The notes beneath the pieces were generated by a model that saw nothing but the letters and a program-made list of their open reading frames with translations, did no database searches and was not told the DNA's origin. This document shows, piece by piece, positions 1 through 11,899 of a DNA stretch of 64,000 nucleotides (position 1 is its first letter; every line of letters begins with the position of its first letter). Source of the stretch: Octopus bimaculoides (taxonomy: Eukaryota); the NCBI RefSeq assembly GCF_001194135.2, contig NC_068991.1, positions 1,454,283 through 1,518,282 on the forward strand. The letters run 5' to 3'. The position numbers and the translations under genes are program-made.

Positions 1-89
1 GTTTATTCGAATCGATAGTTTCTAGAAGAGGGAAGGACTTATAAGAAAATGTAGTCCTAGAGAACTTGTGTAGAAACTATCTTTGACCA

Positions 90-410
90 TAGAGCAACTG
101 GGGCATGTGCCTTCTACGATATCTTTGGGTCGACCAGTGCCTTGTGAGTGAATTTGGTAGACGGAAACTGAAGGAAACGCGTCGTATAAATAGACACACA
201 CACAAACACACGCGCATATATGTATGTATGTATTGTGTGTCTGTTTGTCTCCCAATAGCGCTTGACAACTGGTGTTGGAGTGTTTACATCCTTGTAACTT
301 AGTGGTTCGACAAAAGCGAACCGATTGAATAAGTTCCATTTGAATACTGGAGCCAATGTGATCGACTTACGCCCCTCCCCGATATTGCTGGCCTTGTGAT
401 AAAATTTTAA
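90..410 (+). mobile_element. SINE family A body joined to a family-B-like tail
   Basis: GCCTTGTGAGTGAATTTGGTAGACGGAAACTG...GTAACTTAGTGGTTCG...GATCGACTTAC...GGCCTTGTG. Confidence 0.7.
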
Positions 411-1529
411 ACCATAATTTAATGTCTTGCTTTGCAGTTGTTGTTGTTGTTGTTCATGCTGCTGCTGATGATGATGGGGGTTATACTGTCTGAATGTAAT
501 AAATTGGATCAGGGATAAGCATGCATCCCAAATCATCGAAATCAACAATACTCTAATCATTGATGGAATAATAGGGTCATTAATGATTTCGTACTTTATC
601 AGAAGATAAAGGGGGATCTGTAGTCGATGGAATCAGCAACAATTAATCTGCCGTATTTCATTAACAAATACAAACATAATTAGAATAGAGAACGTGGGAT
701 GTTTGAATTAATTACTTCATGACATTTATTCCTAGATTATAACCTTTCTCTGATTGCTGCACACCAAACTGGATAAATATTACAATTAAATTCAAAGAAG
801 AAAGACAAAGATTGGAAGAGAGAGAGAGAGAGAGGGGAGAGGGAAAGAGGGAGAGGATGAGGTGGTATTCAATGACTTCCTCTTTTATTCTTTCACACAC
901 GTACATACATGCACACTATAACCCGGTCACATCACATCACACACCCATATTATTAAAGCGTACATATCTGCAAACAAGTGTACGATTATATGCATATGTG
1001 TGTATATTTATGTATATGTACGTTTATATATATATATATGTATATACACACATACACACACGCACATATATAGAGAGAGATACATAGATAGAATTATATA
1101 TGTACAAGTCTACTTACATGCATACATAGTATACACATTATAGAAACACATGTAACGAAATTCTACATATAGATGTACAACCACACACACACACACTACA
1201 CATCTATTCATATTTGCATAGAATCAGACAGAAAACGCACGCACCTCTGCACATACAGATCAGTTTCTGTTGCTTCCGCTTGTTGTATCCCTGCTTTACA
1301 CTCTTTATTTCTCTTGTTTTCAATACTTTCCGTTTACTGATAATGTAGCTCTGTCAAGTACACACTCATGTTATGAAAACCCGCCCCGCAAAGACGTGGA
1401 AAGAAAGCCTATAAAACCTTTTTACAAATTCCCACAAATAGATTGTAGACAAAGATTAACTTTTACCGTAACACGAAAATCTTATACTTTATATATACAC
1501 ATACATATAAGTACATGAATGTATATATG

Positions 1530-1655
1530 CGGCAAATAGCTTGCTTCCAACCACATGGTTCCGGGTTCAGTCTCACTGCGTGGCACCATGAGCAAGTGTC
1601 TTGTACTATAGCCGCGGGCCGACCGCAAAGCCTTTTGAATGGATTTGGTAGACTT
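1530..1655 (+). mobile_element. SINE family A, 5' part
   Basis: AGCTTGCTTCCAACCACATGGTTCCGGGTTCAGTCTCACTGCGTGGCACC...GGATTTGGTAGAC. Confidence 0.8.
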
Positions 1656-1782
1656 CGATGCACACTGAGCGTTGTCTGCGATGGTTTAGCCATATGCAAT
1701 GCAAGAAAGGTGCCTTCTCTAGAATTCTACCGTACGTCTAAAATAAGTATGGATCATGTGCAATATATGGTATACATACTGC

Positions 1783-1819
<37 letters not shown>

Positions 1820-3100
1820 ACTCACAGATAAAAGAAACGTATATATGTATGATGTGCGTTGTATACGCGAGTTCTGTGTATCAAAGCTAAAGAATGGTCG
1901 TTAACAAAATTTTTTTCCTATTGTTATTTTAATGATTCGAGATATTGATATCAACGGTAGAACCTTAGGGAGATCGTGCTGGTTTTCATGACATCACAAT
2001 CGTTCTATACGTTAGAATAAGAATAGCAACGAAATAAAAAGCGATACTGGAAGAAGATAAATATATCGAAAATGAGTTTGTGACAGAGGTTAATGAATAG
2101 AGAGAGAATTGTATAAGGAACACACAGAGCGAACCGGAAGAAATGATAAGTTTAAAAAGATTGCACGAACAAAATTTACGTTTAAGAAAGGCTACGATGC
2201 TGCAGACTAAGTTATATATCATAAAATGGCAAAGTAGGCCCCTTGCCTTCTGATAAAAGCATGTATATTTATACAAAACCTCAACTCGCATGCACTCTTA
2301 AACATATAAACTGTGAATAAAACCGTAATTGAGAAGATATCAATCACTAGTATACATGGAAGTCACACGACAATGCCATTGAATATCTGCTGCTTCGACA
2401 TCGATGTTACCAATGTTGAATCTGAATTTAATTAACTTTCACACAGTTTCCACTGTAATGATATATCTCAGGATTTATGAGGTTCAGCTGGCTGTTGACA
2501 GCATATAACGACGGAGTAGCCACATATACACATCCTTCCAAAATTTGTAACAAGATTCTAAATAAGATTTCTCAAGAAATTAACCACCAATACAGATTTC
2601 AAAAAGAATAGTATTATACGGTACAGAGCTTTGAGACCGAATCTCAAGAGCAACAGATTAGCTTTCGAATAGAAATCGAATGTAGAGCCAAATGGGTAAG
2701 CAGTTCATTTTAGATCTACGTGACTTGAGTTCAATCCCATTGTTGCTACACCAGACACGAATCTTCTAGCTTATAACTTTCTGGTAGCAACTGCATTGTA
2801 AAGGAAGTTTAGAAGCATATATATGTGTGTGTGCATGTATATATATATATATATATATAAATAAGTTTTGGGGATTAATAGATATGCGGGTATTCTATTT
2901 CAGATAATACCAACAAAAAATTACCTAGTGAGTATATCTGAAGGTAAACATGTGGTATCCATTTGCACATCACTAAATAATACTTTACCTCATTAGGTTA
3001 TTTTTTTGTATTATCTGAAATAGAATACCCGCATATCTATGAATCCCCAAAACTGAATTATTATTGATTTCTATTATATATCTTGTATATATATATATCT

Positions 3101-3138
<38 letters not shown>

Positions 3139-3392
3139 CATACATATATATGATATTAAAAAGACCCAACTGTACGATATGCAGCTGCACGTTATGCTAA
3201 AGAGTTGTATCCGACTGATTTCGAAATTCGTTTCCCAAATTAAGGTAATATATATATATATACACACACATTATATATATGTGTGTGTGTGTATGTATGT
3301 ATGTATATATAATTGTTAAAGAGGACAACAAACCTGAAGGCAAGGCAAATATCTCAAGTCATATACATTATCATTATAAGAAAAAAATTCAA

Positions 3393-3446
3393 TCTTACAG
3401 CTGTTTCCGGGATATCCCAGAGTATGCGATATTCCGTCATCAGAGA
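3393..3446 (-). ncRNA. Type I hammerhead ribozyme, core intact
   Basis: TCT CTGATGA CGGAATATC-GCATACTCTGG-GATATCCCG GAAA C-AGCT-GTA AGA: stem II 8/9 bp, palindromic stem III (ACAGCUGU), GUA triplet, short stem I. Confidence 0.78.
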
Positions 3447-3507
3447 CAAATATGGAAAATGAGAAGGGTATAAATTAATAAAGTGATGACAGAGGACAGG
3501 AGTATTT

Positions 3508-3563
3508 GTGTCCGATGACGGAATATACCATACTCTCGGATATCCCAGAAACAGCTGTAAGAC
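3508..3563 (+). ncRNA. Type I hammerhead ribozyme, mutated copy
   Basis: CCGATGA CGGAATAT...GATATCCCA GAAA CAGCT GTA AGAC: U4->C core change and a mismatch at the base of stem II. Confidence 0.6.
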
Positions 3564-4314
3564 TTCGAATTTTTTTTCCAATAATAATAAAGTATATGAC
3601 TTGAGAAGTTTGCCTTGCCTTAACGTCTGTTGTCCTCTTTAACAATTATGTATTCGCTTTATCGGAAATCTGCAATGGCTCCATGACTACCGTCTCGGTT
3701 ATAAACTTGGAGCCCTAGTACTCCGTTACAGCACCTACCTAGCGAACCTAATTGTTTAGATCACCCGTGAACTAAATCCCCATATTTTGTATATCTGTAT
3801 ATATATCTGTAAAATATATATGTATGTATGTATATAATTATTTGTTATATGTGTGTGACTGTGTATATTAATGTATATTAATGTATATTAATGATAGGGT
3901 AAGTACCAGAACAATATATTGTGCTGCAGCATATCTGCAGTGTGTCGTAAGTGAATTCAGTAAAAAGTATAAAAACTAAAAATGATAGAAAACTTGCTTC
4001 AGCGTTTTATCGATTTGAATTTTCGTTTATTTAGAATATGTGAAACACAAACAGATTGAGCCTTGATACTTGAAAATGAATGAATGACTAAATAAAGAAA
4101 TAAAGAAAGAAATGGATAAGCTAAACGTAAGAGCGTAACACCAATTCATTCTCGTGCTCTTGTAACATTGGAATAGCAGCGGAGTGGAACCTTAAAATCA
4201 AAAGAATTGCTGAACACGAATATTATATGTATACATTGAACATCATTTTCCCCTGAATGTTAATACAACTAAAGCCATATTTCTTTATCTCTACAGGCAC
4301 ACACTTCACTCACC

Positions 4315-4351
<37 letters not shown>

Positions 4352-5819
4352 CCGAGGAGGGCAATGAGAAACTATGATCAATGAAGTTGTAGCTTCTAAT
4401 AAATTATACATTGTGATTGTAGTTTTAAGTATTGGGCTCTCAGTTTTCTCTCTGCTGCTTACTCTTAGGTCTATCTATCTATCTATTTATCCGTCTGTCT
4501 GTCTGTCTATTTATCTCTGTCTGTCTGTCTGACCGCCTGTCTTTCTGTCTGTCAGTTTATTTTGTATCAACCAATCTATCAGTGTGTGTGTGTGTGTGTA
4601 TATATATATATGCGTGTGTGTGTGAATGTATATGTATTGTATGTATCTCGCACAAACACTCGCAAGCTTAAGTATACACACAAACACGTATATGTGTATA
4701 TGTACATATTCCTGTGAGCGTGTTCCTGTGCATATCTCGGACTGAAATCTCAGAAGACCCAAGGGCGATAATCGATGCTCTGGGTTTCTCGTTATCGTTT
4801 GTCAGACGAGTCCCGAGGAAGAGATACAGGAACGCTGAAGCGGGAAGCGTGAAATTTCAGAACTGAGCAACATTCATCTCCCTTTGCTTCATTGTAGTCA
4901 GCAGTGTTTCGCCTCAAAGCATTTCTTGACGTTTAACTATTTATTCGTTTTACATACACACATACACTTACGCACGCGCACACACACATTCATATGTACT
5001 TACGTACACACACACACATATATACATATATGCGTGCACACGTACATAACGCTTTGTTTAAAAGAAGTGGAGAGGTTGCTTTGCTGGAAATTGCCAGTCC
5101 TAAAATGCTATTTTCTAATAAAATGCTATTTGATAATAAAAAGTCCTTTAATCAATCAACGATACAAAGTTAATATAAATCATACAAAATGAAGCTTAAA
5201 AGAAATATTGTTTGCTGCGTTTCCTAACAGCAAACATTATAAATTATTTGGTCACCATAATGGCATACTTCCGCTCAATATTTCGTATCGCCATGCTGTT
5301 CCAGCCAATGTACTTTACAAATGTGTCTGCATTCATCTGAGGCAACGGAAGGGGTGCTCTACTGAATACAGTAGTGTAGTAAAAATGGTTACCAAGGTAC
5401 CAGTGATTTTGGTGAGATTGGCAGGAACCCATGAACATCTACATTATTTTTCAAAGTAGCAGTGGCAGCTATCTGTTAACCTGAAGAATAACCATGATCT
5501 GCAAATAATTTAGCGATGGTTACCGTTTGTGCCCCAGGAAATGCAGATTAGTACGACGTATATTGTGATAATCCTCATCTTAATCATACGAAAATAATTT
5601 GGCTGAAATCACCAAGAATGACTTGACCATTACCATGAATTAGTGACTCAGTTTCCACGATGCATTTATGCAAAATGAAATACAGAGAAGATACGTGATT
5701 GACGTCATTGATAGCTCAATCCAGAAACACTTTCTAAATTCGTCAAGCGGTCCGTGGGTATGTTTAGCAGATTCTAGCCAAATGGATTAGAAAGTACGTG
5801 GATTTGAGGTTAGGGATGT

Positions 5820-5965
5820 GCAGTGATGATGGTTGGAGCGCGGTTTCAATTCCTCGACCGAGCGGTGTGTTGTATCCTTGAGCCAAACATTTCATTTCTT
5901 GTTGCCCGAATCCACTCAGCTGTAAATGAACAACCCACGCGACGGACTGTCCTCCCGTTCAGTCG
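5820..5965 (+). mobile_element. Diverged SINE head/CORE-like domain related to 22370-22430
   Basis: GGTTTCAATTCC...TGTATCCTTGAGCCAAACA...CCACTCAGCTGTAAATG. Confidence 0.55.
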
Positions 5966-7167
5966 GGTGTTGTGATACCATGGACACTGGCTATCATGGA
6001 TACCATGAACACTTAGATACCATGGACACTAAGGAAGCGACCCTCGACCTTACTGTCCCCGAATTACGAAACAGTAAGTTCTAGGGCTTTATGATGATGA
6101 TGATGATGATGATGGAATCAGACCAGCTCCCGAGTATGAGGATAACCTCTACATTTCTATGTCTAGACTAGAAACCCACTGAGAGGTCAGTTCTGCCATC
6201 CTGCTTGCTCTGACAATGACATACAAAAATAAAGAAGAAAAACAAAACATTCTCCCCACCCAATTCAAATATATATATTTTATTTCTTCGAAAATAATAA
6301 GAATGTTCAGTGTTCTCTAAACAAAAGACAAAATAATCTGGCGGCATTGGTTGTCGTAGAAGAATAGAAATAGTTTCCAAATGGGAACGACACATAACAG
6401 TTTCTTCCAGAACACACACAACCATTGTGAAATACTGGAATCTGACAGTTATAGTTCATCTAATCTCTCACATATCAGATCACTGAGTTCAGTTCGTGCC
6501 ACGACGAACAATAAACTTCAAGACTTATATAGATTTCACATACGCATACACACACACACCCATTGCTACATGACTCTGTATGTGTGTGTATATATATATA
6601 TATATATGTATGTTTGAGTGTGTGTTCTTTTGTATGTCAAGTTTTATAAAATAACAATTTAACATTAAACTGAAAGATTATGCATTACTTTTTGCTAGAC
6701 ATGTACAGAAACTTTTACGAGAAGTGTGACAGTGATTTCGAAGTTTTGGCTCGCTAACTTTCATCGAAAATCCTATACATAAATATCCATGCGTCTGTGT
6801 GCACGGGTCTATGGGCGTGTGTTTGCGCATATGCATATATGTTTATATTTTTGCTTCACTGAATAAGAATTTGGGAAAAAATAGCATCAACAACGACGCC
6901 ACTGTCAGCAGCAACAGCAGGAGGAGCAGCCACAACAATCACAGTAGCAGCTTCGTCACCACCATCATAAACAATAATACTATCATAAACAACAGTGATA
7001 ACAACTACTACTACTACTACTGCTGCTATGCGATTCAAAAACTGACCGTGCAGCCATTATCTTCACAAATATAGACAGCTGTATTTAACGTAAAGTGAGC
7101 TGAACTTTAAAACACAGTTGTCATGTTTGCCTAAATATTTGGAGAATTTTTAGTTGTTAACATTTCA

Positions 7168-7198
<31 letters not shown>

Positions 7199-7605
7199 GT
7201 GTGTGTGTGTGTGTTGCGTGCTGATGCATCTATAAATCTCTCAATGAATGCCCTACGAGTATAATCTACAGATATTTCATGCTTCTCTCTGTTCTATGAG
7301 ATATCACAGGGAATAAATATTTCAATAGTTCCACGCCAATAAACATCATTACGATCGATAACAATTGACTGCTCTGTGTAGAAAGTGGCAATAACATTAC
7401 ATCCGAGGTAGCCTTAAAAGAAAAAAACGAAAAAGAAAACCAAAGAAAGAAAGGAAAATGCCTGGAATTCACAGAAATCAAATATCGACGATGAAATATG
7501 CCAAAATACAAAAAGAACACCCAATAAAATTTCCAAAGTTCATTTGCTACCATGTTAACTAAAATTACTCGCTGAAATCCTATCTTCATCACATGCTTGG
7601 TTTCT

Positions 7606-7691
7606 TTGTTTAACTGAGGCGTTTGACACCTCTCACTCGCATTGATTCTTGTTTAACTGAGGCGTTTGACACCTCACACTCGCATTGATTC
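7606..7691. repeat. 43-bp tandem duplication
   Basis: TTGTTTAACTGAGGCGTTTGACACCTC(T/A)CACTCGCATTGATTC twice, one mismatch. Confidence 0.95.
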
Positions 7692-8137
7692 TTTGAGACT
7701 CTCCGAGAGATTTTGTGTGGTTTTATTTTATGTGGCAAAACTATAACAGAACAAGTCAACGAGATTCTTTTAGTTAAATAACTGTCACATGACAGAGCAG
7801 CTAAATTTCCCTCATACTAAGATCGTCTTTTGCAAGGATGACTCATGAGATAAAGTAGTCCTACAACTTGACTCAGGAAAACAGATGTGATGGTCACGGT
7901 TGGAAGCTTTTTCATCATAGGACAACGGGATCAAGGCTGATCTACATACAACACTGACAAATCTTCTGAGGACCGGCCATGACCATTATGTCTTTTATTC
8001 AGCTATTTTATCATGGTTTATACTGACCGATGGCTACAACCCTAGGTCCTGCATGATCCTGTTCATATATTCCTTGCTTCCCAAGACAAACAGAAACGCA
8101 CACATACACACACGTACACACACATATCTTTATGCAC

Positions 8138-8171
<34 letters not shown>

Positions 8172-8581
8172 TTATTGGATGTGAGAGGTGAAGACAAGGA
8201 GAGAAATGTTAATCCACGTGGCGAGAGGGATTACATGATTAGAAATGTTGCTTTACAAGGGACATCACATTGCGTTTATGTTAATTCATGTTTCTAAAAT
8301 CTTTCTTGTCGAAATCCCCAGCTTCATTGGTTGGATTCGCTCGCCCCACCCTGAGAGAGAGAGAGAGAGAGAGTGTTTTGCAGAGGGAAATTTTAAAATC
8401 ATAGATTATATTATTGTGACTAGAACTTGACGAAACAACCGTAGATGTTAGTTTCTTTTTTAATTTGCCGGGGAATTGTAATTAATCATGTAAATAAAAG
8501 CATTGTTTATATAATTTAGATTGTTTTTAATAGATTAATTGAATTTATTGCGTAATAAGGAATATGCAATTGTATATTGAT

Positions 8582-8845
8582 CTTGCCGATTCGTTCAGTT
8601 ACATGGATGTAAACAGGGCAAAACCACATGTCAAGCGATGTTGAGTTGGGGTGAGGCAAACACACTGACACAAACACACATGTACGGTAGGCTTCTTTCT
8701 CTTTCCGTCCACCAAATCCACTCACAAAGCTTTGGTCGGCCCAACGCTGTAGCAGGAAGCATATGCCCAAAGTGCCACGCATTAGGAATGAACCCGGGAC
8801 CATTTGTTTAGAAGGCAAACTTGTTACCGAACCGACACACGCCTG
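8582..8845 (-). mobile_element. SINE family A, partial
   Basis: CCAAATCCACTCACAAAGCTTTGGTCGGCCC...GTGCCACGC...GAACCCGGGACCAT. Confidence 0.8.
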
Positions 8846-10129
8846 TGATTGTCTGTCTATCTAATCTATCTACATATCTGTCTACCTATCTATCTATCTA
8901 CATGTTAAACGCTAATAACAGACACTCGTTAACGCTTTGATACCACGACATTATGCCATGCATTTGATGTAGCATAATAACCGTTTTTACAACTTTTACA
9001 CACACACACACACACACAAATACATTTCCATGTATACATATATACATATATATGAACATATACATACAGATATGCGTGTATGTACGTGTGTGTGTGTGTG
9101 ACTATATACAGTATTCTTTATACAAACATATGCATGCAAAAGTATACGGCAGAATTTCAAAGGGAAATAAGAAACTCTAGCAACAAATGGATTGATTTCC
9201 TCTTGTTTTACATTGTTTTCATGTTCTTACTTTAAAATGTGTCAATTATAGTTGTTTGCAAAGAAACACCAATCACAGGAACCAACCATTTTCTATGACA
9301 ATGAATGTATGTGGAAGGTTTTTCAATGAAAACTAAAAACATAGAGATTTCCAAGCGGGAGTTTTGTGAAATATTTATCCATTTGCTTTCTCAACGGTAA
9401 AACAAACAAAAAGGGCTTTTAGTTAACTTAAGTGTACACAAAATATATTTCAAATGAATATAAACACATACGTGCGTGTAGGTTTGTATGAATGTTTTAT
9501 ATGTGGCGAACACAATTTACATTCAGCGTTTGGAAAGACAACGCAATGAAGCAATGTGCGAAAACACGCATCCATGAAGACACATACACACGTGCGCTCT
9601 TAACACGCACACATATGGCTGTGTTTGTGAGAGTATGTATATATATATGTATATACATATGTATAAATATATGTAAATATATGGATCTATATTTATATAT
9701 GCATGTATTATATATGTTTGTAAATCTAATAAGCATACAACGTAAAAACACTTATACAGTTAGGCACATACAATGCATACATAACATTATATGCATGTGT
9801 GTGCGCACAGTTTGTAAGTGTGAGTGTATTACAGAAGACAGAAAGGTGTTTATCGCCAATAACGGGTAAGGAGGTAGGAAAGTTCAAGCTTTGAGATGGT
9901 GATTTGATTCGTGATGTAATTGGTGGAATATGTAGGAATATATGCACACATCTATCTATCTATCTATCTATCCGTCCCTCTTTGTATTTAGATATATTGC
10001 TTATGTGATTTGAATTTAGAAGTTACGAGAGGTAAATTAATAGTCCCATGGGCAGCTTGCACCCTTTTTAAACTAAAGGGCTTTTCGAAATTAATATTTA
10101 CAAGCACTTCTGTAAATAGTAGAAGTGAG

Positions 10130-10360
10130 GTAGAACGTCAAAACTTAGTGCGCATGCACAGGACCGTCCGGGGTCAATCTGTACCAAGCGGATTCACTCT
10201 GTATGCTTTAGCTTCGTTACTACGGTAACAGTCCGGATACTTATTGATCAGGCCTCGTATGTTTCTATCCGCCAGTCTGGGTCTCATCAGGTACACTGAT
10301 AAAAATGTCTCACTACAGACTTTTAGTGCCGGCTGACTTGTCGTTATATTCCCATCAATT
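10130..10360 (-). mobile_element. GC-rich pLTR-like remnant with a degenerate hammerhead (10247-10300); boundaries approximate
   Basis: Minus strand reads ATCAGTGTAC CTGATGA GACCCAGACTGGCGGATA GAAAC ATACGAG GC CTGAT. Core heptamer, GAAAC and distal stem I (ATCAG/CTGAT) remain; stem II base and the NUH triplet are broken. Confidence 0.45.
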
Positions 10361-11014
10361 TAGGGAAGTAATAAAAGCAAATAATATGACAGAAACGCAA
10401 AAAATTTAAAAATTCACCCAGTGGGATTGAACCCCGGGGCCATGTGGTTAGGAAGCAAACTTCTTACCACACCGCCACAGAGAGGGAGGGAGATATGAAG
10501 AGAGAGAGAGAGAGAGATATATTAACTTTAACGATGAAAGTGATAGAAAAAAGCTCTACCCAATAAAAGTTCCTATGGCAACATTAAACTCGAGGAGATC
10601 GACAGGTAAACAGAAACGGTCAGAATAGCACCAAAAAGACAAAAAAAAAAATCCCATTTTCTGCAACAGACAACAGAATAATATTATGGTAAACAGAGCA
10701 GTAATGCAAGAGGTGTGAGTGAGGAAAGAGTTGGGACGGGGATTGAGAGAACGTCGGAAGATGTGCAAAACGTGATGCTGGGAGAAATGACACAATCGTT
10801 AGCAATTGGCTGTTGTCTCAGCCTTATTCCCATTGCTACTACTTTAACGTGTCGTTTTAACCGGAACAATCACTTCCGTTTCATCAAACTGTGTAAGCAA
10901 CAGACATTTTGTTTTATTTACCTTTGTACTTCTGTCGCCCTTTATTTACTTCTCTCCTTGTATGTATGCAGATAGATAGATAGATATGCAATGCTACGTA
11001 CAACAGTTTTTTTT

Positions 11015-11049
<35 letters not shown>

Positions 11050-11242
11050 AGAGAGAGATAGAGATAGATACACATATTTCTGTCACATTCTATCTCTCTC
11101 TCTTTATATATAAATTATATATATCTATAAATATACCATGTGACAATTAGTTGGTTGTTATAATAAATCTCAGATTTTCGGATACCGGGGCTGAAGTCTG
11201 CTCTGGCATCTCATCAAGTTATTAAGACACAGCGTTTTGTCT

Positions 11243-11319
11243 TAATAACTGATGAGATGCTGGAGCAGACTNNNNNNNNNNGACTTCAGCCCCGCTACCC
11301 GAAACTCTGAGTTTTATTA
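11243..11319 (+). ncRNA. Type I hammerhead ribozyme, core intact (spans a 10-N gap in stem II)
   Basis: TAATAA CTGATGA G...C GAAA CTC-T-GAG TT TTATTA: perfect 6-bp stem I, extended by TTGTC/GACAA; stem III ACTC/GAGT; GUU triplet at 11311-11313. Confidence 0.7.
11272..11281. other. Assembly gap (10 N)
   Basis: N run; GACT is duplicated on both sides. Confidence 0.99.
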
Positions 11320-11843
11320 TGACAACCAACTAATTGTCACATATATTTATAAATATATTCCTCTATTTTACATAATATCGAGGTCTCATTCATTCTTTTG
11401 TTGTCATATTATTATTATTATTATTAATAAATTATATGATTTAATATACACAATTACAGAAGTAATACTAACAGTTTTATTCTTTAAGATACATTAAACT
11501 GGTAGTTTTATGTAAACATGCCATTTTTCTCGAAGGATTATCAGGCGTGTTTGATAAACATAATTGTTTATGAAGCCGAAGTTGCAGCTGTGCTCAAAGA
11601 CAACACAACGAATAAGAAAATTTGCATTGGTTTATGGGAAGGCAAAATTAAAAAAACGTTTTTCGAACCATCAGTCTTCATTCTGACAGATTTATAAAAA
11701 AGAGGCCACTAAATTGGCAAACCATGTATGGGATCTGAAGACCAAATGCACACCACATACAATGAAGTAGAGAATCGTGGAGAAATCTATGCCAAAAATG
11801 AATCTCACACACACGCACGCACGCACACACGCACGCACACACG

Positions 11844-11899
<56 letters not shown>

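Larger units (their letters stand above)
3306..3652. mobile_element. Foldback element with ~145-bp inverted arms, each containing a hammerhead motif (inverted PLE pLTR-like dimer)
   Basis: Arms 3309-3452 and 3503-3649 are reverse complements (ATAATTGTTAAAGAGGACAAC.../...GTTGTCCTCTTTAACAATTAT) with scattered mismatches and a ~50-bp spacer. Confidence 0.88.
11138..11342. mobile_element. Near-perfect ~95-bp-arm palindrome (foldback element) with a hammerhead motif in each arm
   Basis: ATGTGACAATTAGTTGGTTG...AAGACA-cagcgttt-TGTCTT...CAACCAACTAATTGTCACAT. Contains a 10-N gap at 11272-11281. Confidence 0.88.

Noticed and set aside
5974-6030. Three GATACCATG(G/A)ACACT copies
   Set aside because: Irregular short spacers at a SINE tail; local slippage, not a CRISPR-like array.
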